Part shown: one piece after another, positions 1 to 8,954 of the stretch
Layout of the letters: the number at the start of each line of letters is the position of its first letter
How positions within the stretch are numbered: position 1 is the stretch's first letter
Assembly: GCF_053078305.1 (NCBI RefSeq)
Contig: NZ_CP166879.1
Reading direction: 5' to 3' (one strand)
Length of the DNA: 64,000 bases
Position numbers and translations under genes: made by a program
The notes under the pieces: model-generated
Told to the model about the DNA's origin: nothing
What the model saw: only the letters and a program-made list of their open reading frames with translations
Database searches by the model: none

Positions 1-5
1 CGGGG

Positions 6-1604
6 GTGCTGGTAGTGGGACGTATAATTGATCTTGACGGAAAACCTTTCTCCTTTGACCCGGAGATGCAGAGTGCCGCGCTGGATATTCCGCAGATTGC
101 CAGCCGTTATATTGAACATCCGGCCTCGGGTATCACCCCGAACCGGGCGGCGCAGTGCCTTCGCGGGGCTGAACGTGGCGATCTGATTGCCCAGTCCGAT
201 CTGGCCGCTGACATTGAAGAAAAGGATACCCACCTTTTTGCAGAGCTGGGCAAGCGACGTCTTGCCATTCAGGGGGTGCCATGGAGTATTGAGCCGCCAC
301 CGAACGCCAGCGCGAATGAGAAAAAGGACGCGGAAATGCTCGACGAATATCTGCATTCCGCCGACTGGTTTGATGCCATGCTGTTTGATGCCACCGATGC
401 CATCCTGAAGGGCTATTCCTGCATGGAGATTGAGCACGGGATGCTCGGTAAAATGCACATCATCCGCGCCATCCGCTGGCGTGACAGCGGGCATTTCTGC
501 CTTAACCCGGATGATTTGAGCGAACTGCGGCTGCGTGACGGCAGCCATGCCGGGGTGGCGTTTCAGCCCTTTGGCTGGATAGTGCATCAGTCGCGTTCAC
601 GCACTGGCTACGGTGGTGCGACGGGGCTTGTCAGAACGCTTATCTGGCCGTTCATTTTCAAAAACTATTCCGTGCGCGATCTGGCTGAATTTCTGGAGGT
701 GTACGGCCTGCCGATGAAGGTCGGGAAATACCCGTCCGGGGCAACACCGGAGCAGAAAAGCGCCCTGATGCGGGCGGTGATGGATATCGGGCGACGTACA
801 GGCGGGATCATCCCTGCCGGGATGTCGCTGGAGTTTCAGGCAGCCGCGAACGGTCAGGCCGATCCGTTTGAAACCATGATTTCGTGGGGGGAGCGTTCCA
901 TCTCCAAAGCTATCCTCGGCGGCACGCTGACCACGGAAGCCGGAGACAAGGGCGCGCGTTCGCTGGGTGAAGTGCATAACGAGGTGCGCCGGGAAATCAG
1001 GGATTCTGATTTACGTCAGCTGGCCGCCACGCTGAACCGCGATCTGGTGTATCCGCTGTATGCCCTGAACACCGCCCACGCCATTGATATCCGTCGCCTG
1101 CCGCGTATCTGTTTCCAGACCAAAGAGCCGGGGGATATCACCAAAATCACCAGTGCGGTGATGCAGCTCAGTACGGGGATGGATATTCCAGATCCCTGGG
1201 TACGGGAGCAGACCGGTATTCCACAGCCAGCCCCCGGTGAAGCCATCTTCCGTGTCCGGCAGAGCAGTAATGAACCCGCGCAGATCAACAGGGAAACACC
1301 GCCGGAAAAACAGGAAAAGACAGAGCAGACGGCGCTGTCAGCCCGAGTGCCGGAAGCGAAAAGCAGCCCCCGTGATGAACTGGACGACATGGGGGATGCG
1401 GTGCCTGCCCGCCGGTTACAGGAGGCCATCGACCCGCTACTGGAGCCGGTCATTGATGCCATCAGAACGCGGGGGCTGGCGGATGCGCTGGCAGACCTGC
1501 CTGCCCTTTACCGTGAAATGGATGATTCCCGCCTGATGACGCTGCTCAGTGATGCCATGTTTGCTGCGGAAATGAAGGGGATGCTGGATGGCTCAGGGGA
1601 TTGA
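6..1604 (+). CDS. portal protein (Mu gp29/H-like, DUF935 type)
   Basis: 532-aa ORF heading the Mu-like head block. N-terminus (HPASGITP...AADIEEKDTHLF) fits DUF935 portals. The frame is open to the window edge, so the true start may be upstream. Confidence 0.8.
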   Translation: MLVVGRIIDLDGKPFSFDPEMQSAALDIPQIASRYIEHPASGITPNRAAQCLRGAERGDLIAQSDLAADIEEKDTHLFAELGKRRLAIQGVPWSIEPPPNASANEKKDAEMLDEYLHSADWFDAMLFDATDAILKGYSCMEIEHGMLGKMHIIRAIRWRDSGHFCLNPDDLSELRLRDGSHAGVAFQPFGWIVHQSRSRTGYGGATGLVRTLIWPFIFKNYSVRDLAEFLEVYGLPMKVGKYPSGATPEQKSALMRAVMDIGRRTGGIIPAGMSLEFQAAANGQADPFETMISWGERSISKAILGGTLTTEAGDKGARSLGEVHNEVRREIRDSDLRQLAATLNRDLVYPLYALNTAHAIDIRRLPRICFQTKEPGDITKITSAVMQLSTGMDIPDPWVREQTGIPQPAPGEAIFRVRQSSNEPAQINRETPPEKQEKTEQTALSARVPEAKSSPRDELDDMGDAVPARRLQEAIDPLLEPVIDAIRTRGLADALADLPALYREMDDSRLMTLLSDAMFAAEMKGMLDGSGD

Positions 1605-2913
1605 TTTAGGTTATGCCGCCACGCTTCCCTCAAAAGAGGCGGTGGCATACTTCCGCGCCAAAGGGGCGCATATCAGCTGGAACTGGTTCGAAACAGACGC
1701 GGATGTTCATGCCCGTTCATTCACGGCGGCAAAAGTGGCACGCCTGGACGTACTGACCACACTACAGGCGGAAGTGCAGCGTGCTGTTGATGAGGGGATT
1801 TCACAGAAAGCATTTATCCGCACACTGACACCCCGCCTGCAAAAGCTGGGATGGTGGGGAAAGCAGATTGTGGTGGACAGTGCCGGTAACGCGGAAGAAG
1901 TGCAGCTGGGCAGCCCCCGCCGTCTGGCGCTGATTTACAACGTGAACACCCGCGTGGCTTACAATGCCGGGCGTTACACGCAGATGATGAACAACACGGA
2001 CACGCATCCGTTCTGGCAGTATGTAGCGGTGATGGACAGCCGCACCCGCCCGGCGCATTCCGCCCTTAACGGGCTGGTATTCCGCTATGACGATCCGTTC
2101 TGGAATACACACTACCCACCCAATGGCTGGAACTGCCGCTGCCGTGTCCGGCCATTGTCTCAGGCCCGTCTGGATGCAATGGGGTTATCCGTTTCATCCG
2201 GTCAGGATCATCTTTCCACCCGCAATGTTGAGGCTGGCGTGGATAAGCAGACCGGAGAAGTCAGAGAAATGCCGGTGACCACATATTCAGATGGCACCAG
2301 AACCATGACACCGGATGTGGGCTGGTCATATAACCCCGGTTCGGCGGCGTTCGGCACAGACCAGGCGCTGATCCGCAAGCTGATCGAAGTGAAAAGCCCG
2401 GCGTTACGGGAAATGGTGGTTCAGGAGATGAACAACAGCCCGGAGCGGCAGCTGGCGTTCCGCATCTGGGCAAAAAACATCATGAAAACCCGGCGAGGCG
2501 GTAACGATATCCGCACGCTGGGCTTTATGACCGAAAGTATTGCGCAGGCGGTGGAAAGCCGGACGGGAACGCCACCGGCCCGCCTGCTGGCGATGAGCGG
2601 TAAAAATGTGCTCCATGCGGACAGCGTGAAACATCAGAATGACGGTATCGCCCTGACGCCGGAGGATTTCGCGCAGCTTCCCGCCATGCTGGCTTCCCCC
2701 GATGCCGTGCTGTGGGATCATGTCCATCAGAACCTGCTTTACATCACTGAAACCCGTGACGGAACGGCAAAGATTGCCGTCAATGCGCCTTATGGTGTGA
2801 AGCGCCAGCCGGATAAGCTGGATGTGGTAATTAATGCTTACCGGGTAAATAAATTTGATATTGAAAAAGCAATAGAGGGCGGAAAGCTGGAACTACTGGA
2901 AGGTAAATTGTAA
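1588..2913 (+). CDS. MuF-like head morphogenesis protein (gp30 type) with a distinct C-terminal ~125-aa module
   Basis: Core motif PFWQYVAVMDSRTRPAHSALNGLVF...NGWNCRCRVRP is typical of the Mu F / SPP1 gp7 family. It overlaps the portal gene by 17 nt. Confidence 0.85.
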   Translation: MAQGIDLGYAATLPSKEAVAYFRAKGAHISWNWFETDADVHARSFTAAKVARLDVLTTLQAEVQRAVDEGISQKAFIRTLTPRLQKLGWWGKQIVVDSAGNAEEVQLGSPRRLALIYNVNTRVAYNAGRYTQMMNNTDTHPFWQYVAVMDSRTRPAHSALNGLVFRYDDPFWNTHYPPNGWNCRCRVRPLSQARLDAMGLSVSSGQDHLSTRNVEAGVDKQTGEVREMPVTTYSDGTRTMTPDVGWSYNPGSAAFGTDQALIRKLIEVKSPALREMVVQEMNNSPERQLAFRIWAKNIMKTRRGGNDIRTLGFMTESIAQAVESRTGTPPARLLAMSGKNVLHADSVKHQNDGIALTPEDFAQLPAMLASPDAVLWDHVHQNLLYITETRDGTAKIAVNAPYGVKRQPDKLDVVINAYRVNKFDIEKAIEGGKLELLEGKL

Positions 2914-2993
2914 GCCGGTGACGGGGGTCGAACCCGCATAAACATATGACCCCTGAGGGTTTATGCCGCTTTACCAGTTAAGAGTACACCGGC
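2914..2993 (-). other. tRNA-like cloverleaf element (non-canonical; not a confident tRNA gene)
   Basis: On the minus strand: 7-bp acceptor-like stem GCCGGTG/CACCGGC; T-arm GCGGG-TTCGACC-CCCGT; weak D-arm with a GG loop. The middle arm is an extended 5+4-bp stem with a 4-nt loop instead of an anticodon loop. Confidence 0.3.
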
Positions 2994-3031
2994 CTGTATT
3001 TATTTTAATCAGATAGTTTTAAGGAGGCAAC

Positions 3032-3505
3032 ATGTCATCCATCGATGCAGCCGTGGTGGTGGACGTTGCGCGTCTCCAGCGGGTCTTTGCCCGGCTTCAG
3101 TTTGTGGGTGGTGGAAAAGACCTGGCCCGCAGTGTGGCGGCGAGTCTTCTGTCATCGTCAGAAATGGCGTTTGAACAGGAAAAAGAGCCGGACGGCGAAC
3201 GCTGGCATGACTGGTCAGATCCTTACCGCAAGTGGCGTACCCGTAAGGGATACATGCCCGGCAAAATCCTGACGCTGAACGGCGATCTGGCCCGACGCCT
3301 GACCACGGATTATGGCGACACCTGGGCGCTGATTGGATCAAATGAGCCTTATGCGGCCATTCATCAGTGGGGTGGCCTGCCCGGTATGCCACCGGGACCG
3401 GCGGCCATTGGTGCACGTCCGTATATGGGCTTTGATCAGGTGGCAGAGCAGGAGATCATGGACGAAATCAGAAAACGCTTTAAAAAGGCCACAGAAACGC
3501 CTTAA
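3032..3505 (+). CDS. virion morphogenesis protein (Mu G/gp31-like)
   Basis: 157 aa with strong SD (AAGGAGG). Position after MuF and size match Mu G. Confidence 0.7.
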   Translation: MSSIDAAVVVDVARLQRVFARLQFVGGGKDLARSVAASLLSSSEMAFEQEKEPDGERWHDWSDPYRKWRTRKGYMPGKILTLNGDLARRLTTDYGDTWALIGSNEPYAAIHQWGGLPGMPPGPAAIGARPYMGFDQVAEQEIMDEIRKRFKKATETP

Positions 3506-3681
3506 TTGTTTAAGGTATGCAAATGCATTACCTTACCCCCTTCAGGCGCGTGTCGTGATTTTCTAACCTGTATTTAACGGGCTTTAAAATCTGCGTGAAG
3601 CGCCTTTGTATTTTTCCCCTGGAAGCACTTCCTGAAATCCCGCAAAACCCGCCCTGAAAATTCCCGGCTTATGCTGCCGGA

Positions 3682-4806
3682 ATGAAGACGAAAAACACGC
3701 CCAAACTTGCTTATGCCATTCTGAATGCCATCAGCCTGTCCGCAGACGGGGACGGTGACTGGTGTCAGATCATGCCAGCCGGTCGGGTAAAGGCCCGTGA
3801 CGGTCGCCCGGAAAAACCGGCTGAAGGCTGGCTGATTAACCGTGCGACCGTTGAGCGCATGGTATCCCGGGTTGTGGCGCTCAATCAGCCGGTAAAAATT
3901 GACTACAACCACCAGACCCTGATTAAGGGGCATCAGGCACCGGCTGCCGGTTTTGTGATGGCCTCACCGGAGAATTTTCGCTTCAGTGAAGAGCGTGGCT
4001 TCGAGGTGCGCCCGAAGTGGAATCCTCCGGCCCTTGAACATCTGCGTAATAACGAATTCCCCTGGTTTTCACCGGTGATTGGCTATGACGAGAGCACCGG
4101 CGAACCTGTCGAACTTCGGATGCTGGCTATTACCGGTGACCCCGGTCTGACCGGCATGAATCCTGTCGCCGCGCTGTCGGCGGATGACCTTTATAACGCC
4201 TTAAACCCTCCTTTAAAGGATACCTCCATGAATGAGCAATTACGCCAGTTGCTGACGGCGCTCGGTCTGACCGTGGCTGACGGTGACGAATTTACGCCGG
4301 AGCTGGGCACGGCAGCGCTGTCTGCCCTCACCGGGATCAAAACCCGTGCGGATGCACACGACAACCTGAAAACACAGGTTGCCAGCCTGTCGGCAGAGCT
4401 GGAAACCGCAAAAGGCACACCGGCTGGCGGCAGTATTGATCTGACGAAATACGTGCCTGTTGAAACGTATAACGCCCTGCGTACCGAATACGTTGCGCTG
4501 TCGGCGCAGCACGGCAGCACCACGCTGGAGCAGGTGCTGGACAAGGCTGAATCCGAAGGGCGCATCTTCAAAAGCGAACGCGGCTATCTGGAACAACTGG
4601 GCGGGCAGATTGGCGTGGCGGCACTTTCTGCACAGCTTGACGCCCGCCAGCCGGTTGCGGCCCTGACCGGCCTTCAGACCGACACCGTGACCGTGCCGGA
4701 TAAAAAGACTGCCACCGCTGTGCTGTCGGCTGAAGATATCGCGGCCGCCAAACTGCTGGGTAAAACCGAAGCCGAGTTCCTGAAAATGAAAGAGGAAATG
4801 CAATAA
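3682..4806 (+). CDS. head maturation protease/scaffold (Mu I/gp32-like)
   Basis: 374 aa. N-terminal Mu-like prophage I protein pattern, with an Ala/Leu/Glu-rich coiled C-terminal half (scaffold-like). Lies immediately upstream of the major head gene. Confidence 0.8.
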   Translation: MKTKNTPKLAYAILNAISLSADGDGDWCQIMPAGRVKARDGRPEKPAEGWLINRATVERMVSRVVALNQPVKIDYNHQTLIKGHQAPAAGFVMASPENFRFSEERGFEVRPKWNPPALEHLRNNEFPWFSPVIGYDESTGEPVELRMLAITGDPGLTGMNPVAALSADDLYNALNPPLKDTSMNEQLRQLLTALGLTVADGDEFTPELGTAALSALTGIKTRADAHDNLKTQVASLSAELETAKGTPAGGSIDLTKYVPVETYNALRTEYVALSAQHGSTTLEQVLDKAESEGRIFKSERGYLEQLGGQIGVAALSAQLDARQPVAALTGLQTDTVTVPDKKTATAVLSAEDIAAAKLLGKTEAEFLKMKEEMQ

Positions 4807-5753
4807 TGCCTACCCCGATTACACCGGCGATGATCACCGCCCTGATGACGGGCTACCGTTCTGATTTTCAGGCCGGGATGTCCATGGCCCCGTCGCAGTA
4901 CAAAAAAATTGCGATGACCGTGCCCTCCACATCGAAATCCAACACCTACGGCTGGCTGGGGCATGCGCCTCATTTTCGTGAGTGGATTGGTTCTCGTGTG
5001 ATCCAGAAAATGAAAGCGCACGGTTATTCCATTGTAAACAAGACCTGGGAAGATACCGTCCCTGTTAATCGTGATGATTTTGAGGACGATAATCTCGGTA
5101 TTTACTCGCCTTTATTTCAGGAGCTTGGTCGTGCCGCTGCTGTTCAGCCGGATGAGCTTGTATTTGCTGCTCTGCGTGATGGTCTGAAAAGTGCGTGTTA
5201 CGACGGTCAGAACTTCTTTGATACCGAACACCCCGTCTACCCAAATGTGGATGGTACCGGTGATGTGGCGCTGGTCAGCAACATGTTTGTGGCAAAAACC
5301 GGCTCTGTCGGTGCACAGGCAGATTACAGCGGACCGGCCTGGTATCTGCTCGACTGCTCCCGTGCAATAAAACCCATCATCTATCAGAGCCGCCGCAAGG
5401 TTGAACTGGTTGCACAGACAAAAATTGATGAAGGTCGCGCATTCACTGATAACGAGTTTGTGTTCGGTGCATCCGTTCGTCACAACGTGGGCTACGGCTT
5501 CTGGCAGATGGCCTACATGATGCAGTCACCGCTGACGCTGGATGCGCTGTGGCATGGCTGGTCCGCCATGCGTGAGTTTACCGCTGACGGTGGCCGCAAA
5601 CTCGGCATCAAACCCACCCATATTGTTGTCCCCACCTCGCTGGAAAAACAGGCGGTGCAGCTGCTGGAGCGTGAACTGTTCGCAGACGGAAACGCAACCG
5701 TCTCTAACGAGATGAAGGGCAAGCTGGAGCTGGTTGTCGCGGATTATCTGTAA
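4806..5753 (+). CDS. major head subunit (Mu T/gp34-like)
   Basis: 315 aa. ATG overlaps the upstream stop (TAATG). Followed by a GC hairpin at 5760-5785. Position and size match Mu T. Confidence 0.8.
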   Translation: MPTPITPAMITALMTGYRSDFQAGMSMAPSQYKKIAMTVPSTSKSNTYGWLGHAPHFREWIGSRVIQKMKAHGYSIVNKTWEDTVPVNRDDFEDDNLGIYSPLFQELGRAAAVQPDELVFAALRDGLKSACYDGQNFFDTEHPVYPNVDGTGDVALVSNMFVAKTGSVGAQADYSGPAWYLLDCSRAIKPIIYQSRRKVELVAQTKIDEGRAFTDNEFVFGASVRHNVGYGFWQMAYMMQSPLTLDALWHGWSAMREFTADGGRKLGIKPTHIVVPTSLEKQAVQLLERELFADGNATVSNEMKGKLELVVADYL

Positions 5754-5796
5754 ATGGTGAGCCGGGCTTACGGCCCGGCCCCTGCGGAGGGCAAAT

Positions 5797-6228
5797 ATGA
5801 ATGAACATCACACTGTGGCAGCAACAGATGATTCAGGTCTTCAGATCAGTGGTGACAATTCTGTCACGGTGCTGGCAGAAGTGCGTTGCAGTCGTTCGGC
5901 GTTTCGTCGTGCGGGGTTCCTGTTCACGCGTGGACGTCAGCAGGTTGAGGTCACCCCGGAGCAGCTTGCCCGACTGGAGGCGGAGCCATGCCTCACTGTG
6001 CGAATACTACAGACGTCTGCTGATGATGCGGGGAGCGTGGCGGGTGTGGTTCATGCAGTGGCCTGTACAGATTTAGCCGAAGCCGAAGCCGAAGCCGAAG
6101 CCGAAGCCGAAGCCGAAGCCGAAGCCGAAGCCGAAGCCGAAGCCGAAGCCGAAGCCGAAGCCGGACAGGATGCTCCCCGGAAAAAGACCGGTAACAAAGC
6201 GAAACAGGCGAAAAAGGCCCGCGCATGA
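5797..6228 (+). CDS. gp35-like small head-region protein with (Ala-Glu)14 linker and Lys-rich tail
   Basis: 143 aa. The N-terminal domain resembles the FluMu/HI1506-type domain (RRAGFLF...TPEQLARLEAEP). It contains the hexanucleotide repeat. Confidence 0.6.
   Translation: MNEHHTVAATDDSGLQISGDNSVTVLAEVRCSRSAFRRAGFLFTRGRQQVEVTPEQLARLEAEPCLTVRILQTSADDAGSVAGVVHAVACTDLAEAEAEAEAEAEAEAEAEAEAEAEAEAEAGQDAPRKKTGNKAKQAKKARA
6076..6159 (+). repeat. perfect tandem hexanucleotide repeat (GCCGAA)x14, in frame (AE)14
   Basis: Counted directly: 84 nt of uninterrupted GCCGAA, in the frame of the 5797..6228 ORF. Confidence 0.98.
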
Positions 6229-6644
6229 ATTACGCCACTGAAACCGATATGCGGGCGCGTTACCGCGAGGATTTGCTCAGGCCGTTACTGGCTGTGCCCC
6301 GTTCGGATGAGCCGGACACGCGCAAGCTGAACCGGGCGCTGACAGATGCGTCAGCCCTTATCGACAGCTATCTGTCCGCCCGTTACACGCTGCCGCTGGA
6401 GGTTATTCCGGCCGTTCTTGTTCAGCACTGTTGCGCGATTGCCTTTTATTACCTGTGCGATCAGCGAGCCTCCGATCAGGCGCGTGACCGTTACCGTGAA
6501 GCGCTGGCCTGGCTGAAAGATGTCATGAACGGCAATGTGCCGGTCGGTGTGGATACGAACGGTGCGGCCCCTGAATCCGGGGATTTACCACAGGTTCTGT
6601 CTGATGCAGCGGTATTCGGGCGCAACCAGAAGGGCTTCATATGA
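6225..6644 (+). CDS. head-tail connector-type protein (Mu gp36-like, DUF1320 type)
   Basis: 139 aa with ATGA overlap to the upstream gene. N-terminus MNYATETDMRARY... fits the DUF1320 pattern; correct position. Confidence 0.65.
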   Translation: MNYATETDMRARYREDLLRPLLAVPRSDEPDTRKLNRALTDASALIDSYLSARYTLPLEVIPAVLVQHCCAIAFYYLCDQRASDQARDRYREALAWLKDVMNGNVPVGVDTNGAAPESGDLPQVLSDAAVFGRNQKGFI

Positions 6645-7201
6645 TTACGGAAACCGAACAGGCATACATCGCCCGTATCCGTGAGTATTTCGGGAATGAA
6701 CTGGTGTCTGTTGACACGCATCCCGGCGACTGGAGCGACAGCGTACTGCGCACCATGCTGATTAACGCCCCGGCGATCTACGTTGCCTGGCTGGGTGCCG
6801 GTGAAGGCCGTACCCGTGGTCGTCTGGTCAGTCACTGGGTGTTCTACGTCATCGGCGACATGCTCAACGGGCGTGAGGCCAGCCGTCCCGGACTGTATCA
6901 GATTGTGGCCCGGCTGATTGCCGTGCTTAACGGCTTCAGAACAGAAAAAACCTCACCGCTTTACTTTGAAAAGGCGGTCAACGGTTACACCGAAACCCAG
7001 GCGGACAGTGGTGCGGTGATGTATGCGCTTTATTTCTCCTGCGAGGAAATGATCGCGCCACTGACGGATATCAGCTCGCTGGACGACTTCCTGCGTCATT
7101 ACGAAACCTTTGTGGAGCCGCCCGGTACGCCGCCGTTTGAGGCACATATTGATTTGCCGGGGAACACGACAACGGCGGTCGAACCGCCGGAGGAACTGTA
7201 A
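6641..7201 (+). CDS. Mu gp37-like protein (DUF1834 type)
   Basis: 186 aa, translationally coupled; position equivalent to Mu gp37. Confidence 0.6.
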   Translation: MITETEQAYIARIREYFGNELVSVDTHPGDWSDSVLRTMLINAPAIYVAWLGAGEGRTRGRLVSHWVFYVIGDMLNGREASRPGLYQIVARLIAVLNGFRTEKTSPLYFEKAVNGYTETQADSGAVMYALYFSCEEMIAPLTDISSLDDFLRHYETFVEPPGTPPFEAHIDLPGNTTTAVEPPEEL

Positions 7202-7447
7202 ATGAAAACCATCTTTATCAAACCCGCGCCGGGACGCCTGATTCGTGATCCCGACACAATGCGCCCGCTGGCACAGGAGGGGGAGGAAAAGCCCTTCACG
7301 CCGTTCTGGTGTCGGCGTCTTGATGACGGCGATGTCATTCAGGCTGAAAAAGCCGCTGAAGAGGCTCCGGCTGTATCTGCGGATGCAACGACTGCGACAG
7401 AAAAACCGGTCGCCCAACCGGCATCCGATAAGGAGAAACCGCAATGA
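7202..7447 (+). CDS. Mu gp38-like small protein
   Basis: 81 aa. MKTIFIKPAPGRLIRDPDT...WCRRLDDGDV pattern matches small proteins preceding Mu-type sheath genes. Confidence 0.55.
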   Translation: MKTIFIKPAPGRLIRDPDTMRPLAQEGEEKPFTPFWCRRLDDGDVIQAEKAAEEAPAVSADATTATEKPVAQPASDKEKPQ

Positions 7448-8946
7448 TTAATTTTGACGGGATCGGTAATGACCGCCGTATACCGCTGATTGAGGTTGAG
7501 TTTAATAACTCCATGGCTGTCACCGGCACCCCGGCACAGCGTCAGTGTGTACTGCTGTTTGGTCAGGCGAGAATGAAAGAGAATGCCGTGGACGGTACCG
7601 GTGTTCTGGATGTTCCGGTCAGGATCACCCGTGCGTCTCAGGCAACAGAACTCTGGGGGCGCGGCTCCATGATTGCCCTGATGGTGGCGGAATTTATCGC
7701 CATCAATCCTGATGCTGAACTGTATGCCATTGCTCAGGGGAATGGCACCGGACAGGCAACGGCTGCGGCCATGAATCTGACCGGAACGGTCACCCGTGAC
7801 GGGATTGTTTATGCCTGCGTGGGGGGGCGGCGTTATACACTCCCGGCACCAAAAGGTAAGAAAGGCAAAGAACTGACCGACGAGCTGGCCGCGCTGATCA
7901 ATGCCGATCCTGACGCGCCCTTCACGGCCTCCTCTGGTGCAGGAAGTGGTGATAATGGCGCAGGTCTGAAAGGGTCTCTGGGGATCACCGCCCGCTTTAC
8001 CGGTGAATGCTCCGTGCATGATGTGCGCCTGAACTATCACGACGGGGAAGCAACCCCGGAAGGAATACAGGTCGCTATAGCCTATCCGAAACAAAAAGCG
8101 GCTAACCCGGATATCACCCGAAGCGTGGCGGGTATGGGCGATCGCCAGTACAACTATGTCGTCATGCCCTATAAGGATGATGCAAACCTGAAAATCATCA
8201 GTGATGAGCTTCTGAAACGCTGGGGACCGGCCAAAATGTCTGACGGCGTGCTGTGGCTGGCACATACCGGCACGTTTGGTGAGGTGCAGGCATTCGGGGC
8301 AAAACGCAATGATTTTCTGGCGACCTGCACATCCATTCCCAAAGCCCCTGAACCGGATTACCTCTGGGCCGCGGCGGTCTGCGCCACCTGTGCACCCTCT
8401 CTGGGAGCAGATCCTGCGCGTCCGCTTCAGACGCTGGCGCTTCCGTCACGCATGGCCCCGGCTCCGGCCGATCGTCTGACGCGTGAAGAGCGTAACAGTC
8501 TGCTGTGGGGAGGGATTGCCTCGGTCAGTGTGGCTGCCGGTGATGTGGTTCAGATCGAACGTCAGGTGACCATGTATCGCCAGAACGTGTACGGCGAAAG
8601 TGATCCCAGCTATCTGGATGTGGAAACCATCTACACCCTCTCCTGGCTGCGTTATTCCCTGCGTACTTTTATCACACAACGTTTTCCGCGCCATAAACTG
8701 GCTGATGACGGGACGCCCGTTCGTGCCGGTCAGAATATCGTGACGCCGGAGATCATGAAGCTTCAGTTAATTTCGCTGGGTGAAGAGTGGGTGGAACTCG
8801 GGCTGGTCGAAAATCTGGACACCTTTAAAAAGAATCTGCTTGTGGAGCGTAATGCGTCAGATCGAAACCGTCTTGACGTGTTATGCACGCCGGATCTGGT
8901 TAACCAGTTCCGCTTCCTGGCAGCACAGATCCGTTTCATTTTGTGA
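7444..8946 (+). CDS. contractile tail sheath protein (Mu L-like)
   Basis: 500 aa (Mu L is ~495 aa). Followed by tube gene, chaperone and tape measure. Confidence 0.85.
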   Translation: MINFDGIGNDRRIPLIEVEFNNSMAVTGTPAQRQCVLLFGQARMKENAVDGTGVLDVPVRITRASQATELWGRGSMIALMVAEFIAINPDAELYAIAQGNGTGQATAAAMNLTGTVTRDGIVYACVGGRRYTLPAPKGKKGKELTDELAALINADPDAPFTASSGAGSGDNGAGLKGSLGITARFTGECSVHDVRLNYHDGEATPEGIQVAIAYPKQKAANPDITRSVAGMGDRQYNYVVMPYKDDANLKIISDELLKRWGPAKMSDGVLWLAHTGTFGEVQAFGAKRNDFLATCTSIPKAPEPDYLWAAAVCATCAPSLGADPARPLQTLALPSRMAPAPADRLTREERNSLLWGGIASVSVAAGDVVQIERQVTMYRQNVYGESDPSYLDVETIYTLSWLRYSLRTFITQRFPRHKLADDGTPVRAGQNIVTPEIMKLQLISLGEEWVELGLVENLDTFKKNLLVERNASDRNRLDVLCTPDLVNQFRFLAAQIRFIL

Positions 8947-8954
8947 GGTAACGC

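Noticed and set aside
2914-2993. Calling the cloverleaf a bona fide tRNA gene, including reading TCA (opal-reading) as an anticodon.
   Set aside because: No 5-bp stem plus 7-nt anticodon loop can be drawn in register. The D-stem has a mismatch, there are 8 extra nt in the central arm, and no CCA is encoded. It is kept only as a tRNA-like element.
6076-6159. The (GCCGAA)14 tract considered as a CRISPR-like array or as a frameshifting phase-variation switch.
   Set aside because: There are no spacers and the units are contiguous. The unit length of 6 nt keeps the reading frame, so it can vary linker length but cannot switch the gene on or off.
7339-8265. Long antisense ORFs opposite phage structural genes: 7339..8265 (308 aa), 13768..14580 (270 aa), 28011..28868 (285 aa), 33497..34762 (421 aa) and 35662..36453 (263 aa).
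   Set aside because: Each lies entirely inside a well-supported plus-strand gene (sheath, baseplate P, H, J, stf). Their composition is Arg/Pro/Gly/His-rich and low in complexity, with no SD. They are typical shadow ORFs of GC-rich coding DNA.
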